Origin: Tubulanus polymorphus
Lineage: Eukaryota > Animalia > Nemertea
Assembly (NCBI RefSeq): GCF_964204645.1
Contig: NC_134026.1
Span: 28,554,150-28,618,149 of the forward strand
DNA length: 64,000 nucleotides
Direction: 5' to 3'
Both the position numbers and the translations under genes were made by a program. This document shows, one piece after another, positions 52,101-64,000 of the stretch. The notes below the pieces were generated by a model. The model did no database searches and had not been told where the DNA came from. It saw nothing but the letters and a program-made list of their open reading frames with translations. Each line of letters begins with the position of its first letter. Position 1 is the stretch's first letter.

Positions 52101-53809
52101 ACATATATATACAATTGTTTCAAAATAGCTCGTTCGGAACATGATTATCAAAGCATTTTATGAACATTTTATACCTAATCGTTCATTATAAAACTGTTCT
52201 TTTAATACATCGGGAGAAACTAGGAATAAACTATAAGATGACGACGTTTGAAGATACTGATGCTGATAAGTATTTTCTTTTTTAACGATGCTGAACTTTC
52301 TTTCTTGTCAAACTATCTCAGCGATTCCAGAGATAGAGCCAGTTGCCCGGAGACCATTGATAAAATCAAGGTGACTGACGGAATTTATTTAAATTCGAAT
52401 CGAATGATTATTTTCGCCTCTCAATGTCCTGGTATTATCGATTGAAAGATTGCACCAACCATACTGGAAATTTCAATCACGTTTTGATGACTTTCTTAAG
52501 CACCGTCAGTCACCATTACAAACAATCCCTACTATAAACACCGTTTACTGTTTAATTGAATAAATTACACTTGCGCTGCCGAGAATCGTGAACCAGATAT
52601 TGAAAGAAAGAAACCATCACCTATTAAAACATCGTTATTTCATCAACTAGAAATTGCCGAGCAATTTATCTTTAAATCGGAATTTTCCCAATGTTCGAAA
52701 AGCGGTCTTTGATAATCGCTCATTGATCAGGTTTCATAGAATATACGACCCCGAACTGTTTTTTTTTTATTAGTCAGTCTGGTTTTTGTGCGAAAATGGA
52801 TAAAACGTGACCATTACCGATAGCGATTCTAATCGAACCTTCGAATCCCCGAGAGATTCGGCGTGTTAATCAAACAGCAGTCAAAGGTTAAGATTATATT
52901 ACTCAACGCTATCAATTATGTGAACAAAATCTCTCAGTTAGACAACTTGTGTCGTAGTCTAGGTCTTAAACCTACGCTCGCAAACTAAAGAGAATTGTCA
53001 CCGTATGGATTTATATTCATCTATATACTACTGGTTCTCCTTATCTGCCCTAAACCGACCTCCCTCGACACTTTGCATAACGACGTCTACTGGATAACTA
53101 CTCGTATTTAGTACCGTTTTTCAGCTGAGGGATATAATTCTGACGGGTCGGTACGAATTCTAACTGGTTCCAAGTGACTGCGCCCGGAGGTTGTTTTATG
53201 TCCCGACACCAGGCGCCGAGTTTAGGGTGAAAGGTAGATTTTTTCGAACTAACGCACTTTTGTCGAATAATTGAAGTTACTACGAATGAGGAAAATACCT
53301 CAGAAATATTGCTCGTTACATTAACGCCGCATAGAAATATTGCGATACGTTTGAAGTGATAAATGGAAAATATATTATGTCATGTTGGGAATGTAACATT
53401 TTATACGATCAAATCCCTATATATAAACGAAAAGTGAGTCCGAAAAATGTCCTCGAGGTGCAGTTTATTTCGACGTTTCGACTTAATGCTGATAGTCATC
53501 ATTCTAAAGTGACAGTAAACTAGGGGGTAACATTTCTTTTCATGGTGTGGGATTTAATCATAGTATCGTGAATATTGATGCATGAAAAAACTATTTATAC
53601 TAACTTTGTTCAGCCATTGGGCGATGGTAAAGTTTTTGCAGTTGAACCACAAATTCTCCAAAACTGTACGTAATTCCGCTTCTTACTACGGTCAATAGTA
53701 ATACGCATGCGCAGATTATCCATCCTTTCTTATCTTGAGAAAGTGAGTCGAACTTGTCTGGTATATATCGCATCCATTTAGGTAGTGGGATATCGGGCAG
53801 CTTCACCAT
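37199..53809 (-). CDS. SLC16/monocarboxylate-transporter family MFS protein, about 548 aa
   Basis: Exons 53809-53605, 52093-51782, 43258-42873, 39344-39116, 38427-38287, 37572-37199 (1647 nt, phases consistent). MCT-like motifs GITYSFGEF, WIGTLSF, LTHSILYGVGSS, IGDYFDK, YDWRAAFR, GLVYDMRRNYDDVFY. 5' UTR donor near 55389 and AATAAA near 36262. Confidence 0.92.
53463..53515 (-). mobile_element. Decayed hammerhead/Penelope-end-like remnant
   Basis: Minus strand AGAATGA-T-GACT(atcagcatta)AGTC-GAAACGTCG-AAATAAA. Stem II, GAAACGTCG and AATAAA match the 13.9-kb copy, but the CUGANGA core is mutated. Confidence 0.5.
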
Positions 53810-55789
53810 GTCGTTAACACTGAGAAAAACAATGAAAAAGAAACTTTTTCACAAGGAAATACATTCGTTTTTACTATAAATCACCTCATTAGATATTACT
53901 GTATAATTACAGCAATTTCACCGCAAACTACACCTATCGGAATCAATTAGATACAGACTGTCTGTTGTCTGAAAACTCGGGAAACGAATTAAGATTGAAA
54001 TATTAAGAATTCTTCTTCTGTGACGTTTGATCATTAGATTGTCGTCCTCGGGCCATGTTAATTGTCAGTCGAAATAGGTGAAATTATCAGAATGCCTTCG
54101 TCGTTGATAAGGCAGCAGCGAGCATCTTGGTCGCTGAAACTATATCAGACGCGGTCTTCAGATGGTGCAATAACTCGGCTCAACAATCATGGAACGTCAC
54201 AGGCGAGTTTTAATTATACAGGAGTATATATTAAAGTGTACATGCAATATTAGCGATGAGTCGTCGCGTTAATTAAAATAATGTCAGTTCCAATAATTCA
54301 ATGAGGTCCCTATCGAATTGATGGAAATATGAGGTTTTTCATTTTGATAGAATAAGTAACATTCGCGTAGATCAAAGATCACTTTGTAATTATGCTTTAT
54401 ATGGATATGCACCAAAGACCTATGAAGAGAACTAAACAAATCTGTAAACATAGACGATGATTGATTCAAAAGACCTTAGAGAATACGACAGACAAAGAAC
54501 GTGTGTTCAATAATTATGCCGAATCTTCGCTGAGCTTTCACTCTGAAAGAGATCGAATTTTCTGATCGTTCTCGCATCTGATATAATCTTTCAATTCCTT
54601 AGTGAATTTATCAAACTATCTCCATATTCTTATTTACTGATTATATATGTTTCTTTGTATTCTGAAATATTAGTAGACATTGCGTATCCTTTTTGCTGTG
54701 TATTTTCTCGTTTTACCGGACGGAATCTGACCATGTTCGTGTGCGTTAGTTTCGGCACTTGATCTTTGCATAACTAATCAGTAGATGGTGATATATTAAT
54801 GAGACCCTTGAAAGTTCATACAGCTGTCAATGTACGAACCGACAACCCGTCCATCGTTGATGGCCATATAACCAAGGCCGGCTTTACCACAATTCGTTAC
54901 GTATGTGTGTTAATCCTCAAATAAACGTCATCTACCTCAATATATCGTCGCCTTACGTCTTATTCATCGGGAAATAGTGAATTTTTTTCTAATTCTGTTC
55001 ACTGATAATGTGAGCAATACATGCGGACGGTTATACGATTAGTAGCGGTGTTTGTCTTGTAGATAATCGAAACTTATTTACACAAACAATAGAAAATCAC
55101 ACAGCAGCCTTCAGATAAGATAAAACGTGATTTTCGAGATAAATTGATAGGATTTGGAATTTGAATAAACTCCGATTATTTGGTGATATTGATAGGTAGA
55201 GCTTTACAGTTGTCATCCATATCAAACCTTATCAGTAAAAAATTGATTGAACGCTCTTCAATCACATCTAAACTATTTGCTATTCGTCTACGAACTAGCT
55301 TCAGTAAAAAGTTAAATCTATATCTAAATTGCTAAAGAAAGACTGTATATTTGCAAAACATGCGCAAATTGAAATACAGGTTACGTTACCTTGTGAAACA
55401 AAGATAGAAGGTATATCCACGCGATTCCGTTACTCCGAACGAAGCTGGCTCGCTATAAACTCTCACTAAGTTTGACAGGAAAGTTTCAGGCAATCACTGA
55501 GATGATGATAAACCCGAGGGAGTCTGCTCGTCACTAGCGCATACGGTTCGCACAGCTTAAAACACAATCTTCCGTCGTCATTGTAGCACCAGTAGCAGTA
55601 ATTAATAAGAAGGGAAAATAGGAACTGAAAAGAGACACAGACACGTTTCTGAGGCCCGTGCCATCAATAAGTCACCGTCATATATAATGAAATAAATATC
55701 GGCTAGTGTGTTCGCTTCATTAAAGTTTAATATAACTGCAGACGAACGGAACATCAGGACAGCCCGTGATAGGCGAGTTCGACCACTCC

Positions 55790-55835
55790 CCAACTGACGT
55801 CAGCAAGCAGACCCTGTCAAATTGTCACGTGTCTT
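55790..55835. promoter_or_regulatory. Probable MCT promoter elements: palindromic CRE and E-box
   Basis: TGACGTCA at 55795-55802 and CACGTG at 55826-55831, upstream of the presumed non-coding first exon. Confidence 0.4.
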
Positions 55836-57088
55836 AAGTCGCCAGATTCCAATATCCCGCGTCGAAGGAAGGATCAATTCACGCGAAAACTAAATGTGAG
55901 TAACTTTTGTACATATTTTTTTTCTTGTCGAGACATTCATTATGTTACTTTTTTGCTAATGGGAAACTTCTTTCCTTGTTACATTGAACAAGACGTGGAA
56001 CCACCAATTTGACTAATGATAATTTCAGTCATGAATTTGATTTTTCCGACGAGCGATCTATCAATTAGAAATGGTTTCAGTAGATATTTAAGTCATATAT
56101 CTGTGATAGATTATATGTCGACGCGTTGCTAAATCCCACTGAGTCCCTAGGACGGACATTGGCGTTAGTGGCAATGGTAGAATCAGGATTAGACTGATTA
56201 ATACTAGTATTATCCGACATATGTTCTCTAGCTATATGCGGCTATGGTATTTCAGTGTTTCTTTCTGGTAATTACTGTTTTATTGTCCATTTTACGCGAC
56301 TCCTCACACAGCACTTGATGCAACGGGATATATATAATATACCAGACCGATGCATCCACGGGTCAACCAAGTCTAGAACGTATATTCGTAGTATCCTTGG
56401 TAATTAAGGAATATAGCACCAAATCCACTGGACATTTGTATGTCACCGACTGTGATGTATTAGATAATAGAAGGTCATTCAAAATACCAAATATCCTACC
56501 TCAATCAATGACTAAACGTTCAATATTTTGGTTTACTTACCTTCTTTAGAATTATATGTAGTCCAACTAACAGTTTTTGCAATTCAGAAATTCCATCTTA
56601 CGATCGTGAAACTTATCCAACGCATGCATATTCTATCCGACACATCTTCGCGACATTTTTACGTCTTTATCCATTAGTGCAATAATTACTCAAGTCGCTA
56701 GAAATTCAGCGCTAATACCGCGGTTCAAATTTACAATATTCAGTTCATTAGAAATTTGACCGATATGTATGTTGGTGAAGCCCTACGGCAGCATCCGGAA
56801 ATTATTGGATGAATAAAAATTTTAATACTGGAATATATAAACTAAATACTCGCAATACATTATGATAAAATATTTCTCTTTGCATAGCAGAATAGGGAGA
56901 TATGAAAAAGAATTATTTGTTGTTCGCTTCTAATCTAATAAAAATACTTTAGTCTAGTGTAATAGCGTTAACGAGGGAATATTCGAATATTCTGGTACCA
57001 AAGTAATTTGCCTTATGCATTTATTTTTTGATCTCAATGTAAACAGTTTATTACATACGCATCAAGGTCTTAAGTGATCACTATTTTC

Positions 57089-57232
57089 CTGGGCTCAGTT
57101 CCATAGTAATGGCTTAGACTTAAGACCAGTCTAAGACCAACAAAGTTCTATAGCTTATCTAACAACTTAAGACCAGTCTTGAAATTTAAGACCATTTTTG
57201 GACTTAAGTCTCAACTGAGGAACCAGCCCCTG
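57089..57232. mobile_element. Short palindromic MITE with TTAAGACCA subrepeats
   Basis: Imperfect TIRs CTGGGCTCAGTTCC...AGACTTAAGACC / GGACTTAAGTCT...GGAACCAGCCCCTG, with four internal (T)TAAGACCA copies. Confidence 0.7.
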
Positions 57233-60200
57233 GACCTTACGAATTTCCTCCATTCATCATCTTTGTAAAGTGGAGAAATTGCATTTTATTTTGCGACAAA
57301 TTTCAGAAATATTTCGTACTGTAGAATTGACAATAACTTATATCAACACATCCAACATCTTGCTATTCTAAAACTTGATCCTCGACGATTCCCACAATAA
57401 TGAGTAACTATTCGTAGCTCAGTGTTTAGAGCTTTAATCGAGCATATATAACGTAACGTGTTGATATAATTGGAATCATCGGCGCCTTAAGCATTTACCT
57501 CACTGTCCAGTATCGCTTCACCTATTCCGTCAATAAATATAGTAAATATTTGATGTTTTAATGGAGTTGTTACGGCAGGCATCAAGTCAGTGAGCTTTAT
57601 TTTCTATTCATCGATCTAAATCGAACGTAGATTGATATACAATAAGTCGTTTTGTTATATTTTAAAGCATCCTGTTCCCATTGTCGTGCTTTCCTTTCCA
57701 GATATGTGCATTTCTACGATCTATTGATGAAAATCATTTTCAGTTATTAAGTGACAAATGTAGTAGCAACACGATTCATATTCATTTACTGGTTTATCGA
57801 GTACATTAGTAATGTAATTATTGATACTTTAATATGCATTAACGATATGCTGTATCCACATGATATTCAACTTGAAATCTTTCGTTAATTAAAAAACGAA
57901 TATTCTCATTTATTCATATAAGATGAGATCATTGGTAAAAGATAGTTGAAAATACAAATAACGTATTCTCAATAAGATAAGATTCTTGAATGTTTCGAAA
58001 TTAATCTCTAATTAAGTGCGTGTTGATCTTTTTTGAAAGTTTTCAAACCTGGTAGCACAAAATAGAAGATGATTATCTATAAGATGTATTTGGTGCTTCG
58101 TATGGCGGTGGTAAACACGGAGGAAACTGTCATATCACGGTGAAATCTACTCCGCAGCTTCCATGGGAATTGCTATGTAAATTATAAATTGACATGGTAT
58201 CGACGATCACGACTTGGAAACTTTTGGTTCACTGGTTGAACCAATAAAGCGGCAGTGATGATGATGAATGGAATCCCGTTTGTCGATGGGCAACTAACGT
58301 TTAGACATCTGCCTTTTAATCAAACATTCAAAATATCTGTCGCGCAGATTATTTATCAGGGTTCCTGCAACACTTGTAATAGTCGTTGACCATTGTAACG
58401 ATGGAGTCGTCGTTAAATCGTTACAATACAGGTATGAGTTGGAATTCAATCATAATGAAATAATGCAATTCTACAGTTCTACAGATGTTGGTTATGTAAG
58501 ATATAGAATTAGTCAATTTTAAATGGCTTATTTTCACCCCAGAATTTGAATTCTCACCGCAAACTATGGAACGGGATCCTTGTCGTTCGCTGAATTCTCC
58601 CTGCGCTCAAGTGCATCTACCAGAATGAGGGTAATCTCCCAAAAATGCTTCGTAATGATTCATTCAGTTCGAATCTTTATCTTTCATCTATTATTAAAGA
58701 ATTGAACGGATTCTGATATTTTCTATAATACCGCTGATGTAATAGAAATGACACGCGTTATGTACGCATTTCACCAGACGAAACGAAAATGGTTTATATA
58801 TGTGTCTATGAATAAGAATGACCAGGTCTTATCGGACGGAGTCAATGAGGTAATAATTTATACGATGTTGATGGTTTGGTCGACATTTCTCTCTAGTGAA
58901 TATAAATCTAATTATACTAACATTGATGCTAGGTATATGAATAGCGTAGGCTCTATCTCCGGGGACCCGACATGATCTTATTCCTTCCAAACTGAAGCGA
59001 TCGAATAACTGTATAATATGACTGGTCAATGGTCCTCAATAAACCATTTTACAGTTGCTAGCCGCCATTTTGTTAGGGTACTTTTGTCCTGTATTGTTGG
59101 ATCATTTTTTTCTCCTTTTCAAAAACTATTTGTGATGCGTGTTTTATCATATTTCATCTGTCCCTGGGTGCATTTTGACAGTTTAAGCAGCATTTTAACC
59201 GTATGAATCTCTAGTCATCATTTCCCAAATTTGCAACAATGCGACATGAGGGCGATATAAAAATCGGTGGTCAGTTTTTGCCGCGCGCATAAAAATCCAG
59301 GGTACTAACTAAACTTTGAAGTTCGTTATTTTCAGAAATAATTTTCTAAAAAATCCAAACATTTTAAGAACCATGCGCATAAACGTCCCCTTTCAAGTGA
59401 ACTTTAAAATTCTAAGATAGCTTGCCTAGTTTTCATCCTATGGCTATTTAGCTGCAGCGCGTGTATTGTCATTCCGAGTCTCGGCGCTGCTTTCTATGCG
59501 TGTATTTCAGTATATGGGTGTTATTTTTTCATTTCTACTACACTTGTCTCCACGGAAAATGGTAGTACCCCAACGAAATGGCGGCTAGCAACTGTAACAT
59601 GGTTTATTTTATCTCTGTTTATCAATCGCGTTATCATACATCCTGAACTGATGTTGGCATACTTCCTATAATTTCGGACAATTTTCCACAATATCGTGCT
59701 GAGAGTGCGGGAAGGTATGCTCGAATTCAGTGACTACACCAGCGCATCTCAAGTCAATCAGATATAAGCTGTATCTTTTTTTCAATAAACGGCAGACTTG
59801 GCAAATTGATTAACGTAAGCCCTCTTCACAGATCCGATTATTCCTGTGAGAACTTATAAACCTCAACAAATCTTTTCATTAATTGTCATGTCTGATAATT
59901 GATTCCTCTCTCCCACCACTGACAGTATCCAACAGTATCCAAGGTCTAGAGATGTATACATCAACAAAATAAACGTTAAATCATGTGAGATTTCATATTT
60001 CTTCATAGGACTTGGGTTCTCGTGGGTACTGAGCTTGAGAATCTCGTGGGTCACTTTTCTTCTTTAATTTTGTATCGAAGATTTTTGCATCTTTTTGAAA
60101 GTACGTAGCTTCCCAGATCTGAACGCGAAGATTAACTGTCTAAAGGGGTATATATTCTGTTTGAAACGAGCCTTCATATTACTAAAGATTGATTTCCTGA

Positions 60201-60766
60201 TAGTGAAAGGTGAGTTGTATCTATTTATTCATATGCAGAAAAACGCATACGTGTATGAGTAAAAACAGGCAGCCGCATAAAATATGACGATTCCCATACT
60301 ATTAGAGCTTCAAAATCGATGACTGCCGAACATCCGGTTGAATCACAATAATGCGCATGTCCCCTTTACCGGATATCCTGTTCACGATCTTCAAGTTCCA
60401 CACTCGGTTTCCGTATATGTAAAATAGTCGTTGTTGGATGGTGAAATCTGAACAGTAGTCATAATTCAATAGCTGTTCGTATTGATGTTCTGTTGGTACT
60501 GTCAGTGCCAGCCATATTTTCTGGTAAAACATGTCAATCTTTACCCGTTGCACACGAAAACGTAGATGAAATTCCTCGATCAACACTTATAAACAGAAGA
60601 ACCTGACACCTCTAAGCTTGTCAATACTGCCGAGCGTTTTTCTTACTGATTCTTATCACGATTGAATAAAAATAGAACTTTCTCTTCCGTTTCTAGAGAT
60701 CTTTGTACGTGACATTATAGTTGATTTTACGATCAGTGTTTGAGACTTTGATGATGATATCAACGA

Positions 60767-60872
60767 ATGAAAAGTTACCTCGATAGGTAAAACATTAACA
60801 ACATTATAGCATATAACCTAACCCTAGCACTAACCCCTTAATTTTTTTCAAGTCATTGAGGTAACTTTTCAT
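60767..60872. mobile_element. Mini inverted-repeat element enclosing degenerate (CCCTAA)n
   Basis: Perfect 15-bp inverted repeat ATGAAAAGTTACCTC / GAGGTAACTTTTCAT with internal ACCCTAACCCTAGCACTAACCCC. Confidence 0.65.
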
Positions 60873-62494
60873 CCCAGGATATATGAAATACCGCACAATT
60901 TGGCGTCGGTCACGAGATAAAAACAGATTGCTACAAAACCTCTATATACATCCATATTAACATAAACATGTATACATTTTCACCTATTGTTTTTTATTGA
61001 TGACAGTAAGATTCTAGCTGATATTTTCTACATCATCAAGAACAGAAATATCGAACGTACTTAAGCAAATACAAAACAGATATACATGTAGCACATAAAT
61101 GAGATGTTTGCTCAATGTTTGGCAATTAGCTAGTTTCGATGGTCGAGTCGTCGTTTGGTTCACGTGATATTCAGCTCGACTATCATTAGCTCATTATATC
61201 ATGACTGTTTTATGATATCCTGATCGTTTTCTAATTAGTGACGAATGAGCCATTAAATTGTTTCGTTACTGCGATCATCTGGTTACTCAATTAGCCACCA
61301 CATTTACGTCCTACTCGTCTTGTTCGTGTCAGACAGCGCAAGTCGAAGTAGATTGTGTTAATACTTTTTTAGTTAGACGATTTTTGTGAATGAAAACATC
61401 TGTACGTGTTCAATAAATTTCTGCAAACGCACCAGGTTGTCTACCGCTCGATTGGAACCTTTGTATAAAAATTCCTGTAAATATCAAAAGGTCGCATCTG
61501 TTAGTTCCAATAGGAAATCTTTGCACCAGCCAAACCTTTAACGCACGGTTTAAAGGGGTTTTCTGCGTTCGGATCAATAGGATTCTCACTTAACAGACAT
61601 GATAATTAATTGTCGTACTTCCCTAAGCCTCCACATTCGCCTAGAATGCAATAATCGAAGCTTTCGTATTCGTTTAAGTTCGGGATTTGTCGGATTAGTT
61701 CGGAGATTTACGATATTGGTTCGGATTACTCTATAATTAGCGTGAACTCACGTGGTGTATCGAATAAGGCTTATATTATCATTTCGTTGGCTACAAATGG
61801 CGATGTCAGACGGACGCTGGCAATGATTACCGTGTACGTGATGGGTCCTTCGGGGGTAATTTCCATCCGAGCCCCCAAAATAAACGTTTATATAGTAGCT
61901 AGCGATGTGTCATGATTCTTACAATAAGGATGTTGGAGTTACTTTCAAATGTAAATACATTTATAAATACAATACAAAACAATTTTCGCAATAAATTCTT
62001 GCCGAATGTGCGGCGCGTAAATCTCTTAAAATGATTTTGTTGCAGACAATATAGCATTATCGATAATTGCGGTGCGTCGAGGAAAAGACTTTATTGAAAT
62101 GATTACTTGAATTTGAATCAGCCTAAAGCTTTTGCTGGCAGTGCACGTATAATTTGATTTCTTTAATGTCATGGTAGACGCATATCGGTAAAATAAGGCG
62201 ACTGCTTTTCAAATGTAAATGAATCAGCAATTTTCCGTGATTTAGTATTGACGTTGAGCCGCTGTTTGGTATGTTAATTGGTATATTCATGATGTATCTT
62301 ATTGCCTGAAGCGAGACGACAAACAACGCGTGAAGATGATTACAAAAATATATTTTTGCTGTTCATTTTTACGTGAGATGTTGGCGGCTATAGTTTGTTT
62401 TACAACATCGATAGAAAATAAGACACGGAAAATATTTACTCCGTAAAATAACTCTGGGAAGGTAAGAAATAGTGAATAGACATATCAGACATGT

Positions 62495-62770
62495 TTTAGG
62501 CGAATTTCTTCGGTGAATAATTCGCCGTATAATTCGCCTGCGATTAAATTTGGGAGACCGCGAAGGACTCTCAAAGGATCTCTTCATTCAGTATATATTT
62601 CTTTCGCCCAATTTAATGGGTGGAGATGACATTCACTGGGAGAATTTAGTAATCGCCAATTAAAAATTCGGCGATAACATCCCAGATTCGTGCGAAAATC
62701 TAATCACCGACTAGAAAATTCGCATCGTATTCCTCGGCACACTGCAAAATTCGCCGATAAAATTCGCTTA
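62495..62770. repeat. Degenerate AAATTCGC(C) subrepeat cluster, probably an old MITE
   Basis: Several AATTCGC/GGCGAATT-like copies in both orientations. Confidence 0.4.
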
Positions 62771-62882
62771 GTCTGTCACGCGCAAGTCTAAAAAAACACG
62801 TTTTAGTCGATTGGACACGCTACTAACGGTATTGTATGGTGGCTGATAAGGGCCATAGCGTAAAATTCCTGGTATGTAAATG

Positions 62883-64000
62883 AGGGCGCCAGAACGCCAG
62901 AACGCCAAAACAACGAAAAACGTCCAATTTTCTCTAAAAGTTCGTTTTGGCGCGCCAAAACAAAGAAAATTCCGTTTTGGCGCCCCCGCCAAAACGAACT
63001 TTCATTTTGGCGCCCCCGCCAAAACGAACTTTCGTTTTGGCGCCCCCGCCAAAACAACGAAAAACGTCGAAATTTCTCTAAAAGTTCGTTTTGGCGCGCC
63101 AAAACGGAGAATATTCCGTTTTGGCGCCCCCGCCAAAACGAACTTTCATTTTGGCGCCCCCGCCAAAACGAACTTTCGTTTTGGCGCCCCCGCCAAAACA
63201 ACGAAAAACGTCAAAATTTCTCTGAAAGTTCGTTTTGGCGCGCCAAAACGGAGAATATTCCGTTTTGGCGCCCCCGCCAAAACGAACTTTCATTTTGGCG
63301 CCCCCGCCAAAACGAACTTTCGTTTTGGCGCCCCCGCCAAAACAACGAAAAACGTCCAATTTTCTCTGAAAGTTCGTTTTGGCGCGCCAAAACGGAGAAT
63401 ATTCCGTTTTGGCGCCCCCGCCAAAACGAACTTTCGTTTTGGCGCCCCCGCCAATACGAACTTTAAACCACGAAAAATAATTCTATATATACGTAAAATA
63501 TTTTCATTTATGCAAATTTATGCAAATTACACACAATATCAACGCGCCAATTTGAAAAATAATTTTACTGTGGTTGAATGCTTGTTTTGGCGGGGGCGCC
63601 AAAACGGAAATAACCGCGCCAAAACGAACTTTTCTTTGTTTTGGCGCGCCAAAACGAACTTTTAGAGAAATTTCGACGTTTTTCGTTGTTTTGGCGGGGG
63701 CGCCAAAACGAAAGTTCGTTTTGGCGGGGGCGCCAAAATGAAAGTTCGTTTTGGCGGGGGCGCCAAAACGGAATTTTCTTTGTTTTGGCGCGCCAAAACG
63801 AACTTTTAGAGAAAATTGGACGTTTTTCGTTGTTTTGGCGGGGGCGCCAAAACGAAAGTTCGTTTTGGCGGGGGCGCCAAAATGAAAGTTCGTTTTGGCG
63901 GGGGCGCCAAAACGGAATTTTCTTTGTTTTGGCGCGCCAAAACGAACTTTTAGAGAAAATTGGACGTTTTTCGTTGTTTTGGCGGGGGCGCCAAAACGAA
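62883..64000. mobile_element. Foldback-like element: inverted arms made of tandem 144-bp units with about 30-bp subrepeats; right arm cut by the window edge
   Basis: CAACGAAAAACGTC recurs at 62911, 63055, 63199 and 63343 (period 144). AT-rich spacer about 63464-63582, then reverse-complement units from 63583 to the end. Subrepeats TTTTGGCGCCCCCGCCAAAA and palindromic TTTTGGCGCGCCAAAA. Confidence 0.85.

Noticed and set aside
62945-63463. CRISPR-like look of short palindromic repeats
   Set aside because: The intervening sequences are themselves repeated rather than unique, there are no cas genes, and the context is eukaryotic.
62803-63665. Long ORFs (261, 132 and 93 aa) in the terminal repeat
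   Set aside because: They are a by-product of stop-poor repeat units whose lengths (144 and 30) are multiples of three. Frames are open on both strands and there is no transposase motif.

Overview
AT-rich, intron-containing animal (probably invertebrate, lophotrochozoan-like) genomic DNA. Most ORF-track entries are exon fragments or noise, so genes were rebuilt by hand from GT-AG sites and reading frame. From left to right: two head-to-head SLC13 (NaDC/NaCT/Indy-type) transporter paralogs, one complete on + and one running off the left edge on -; an orphan 198-aa, probably nuclear protein (+); a complete 20-coding-exon rdgB/PITPNM gene (-); an unannotated spliced transcript (-) apparently sharing a bidirectional promoter with GADD45GIP1/CRIF1 (+); a 6-coding-exon SLC16/MCT transporter (-); several MITEs; and a Foldback-like inverted array of 144-bp units at the right edge. 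Best leads: (1) a minimal hammerhead ribozyme in a TSD-flanked 133-bp insertion in the last PITPNM intron, with a decayed second copy elsewhere; (2) the 31.7-33.3 kb transcript, which can encode a 29-aa micropeptide or a frame broken only by four UGA codons; (3) the palindrome-rich Foldback array carrying E2F-type sites; (4) a tRNA/vault-like hairpin between 11-bp direct repeats. No searches were run, and family calls rest on recognised motifs.
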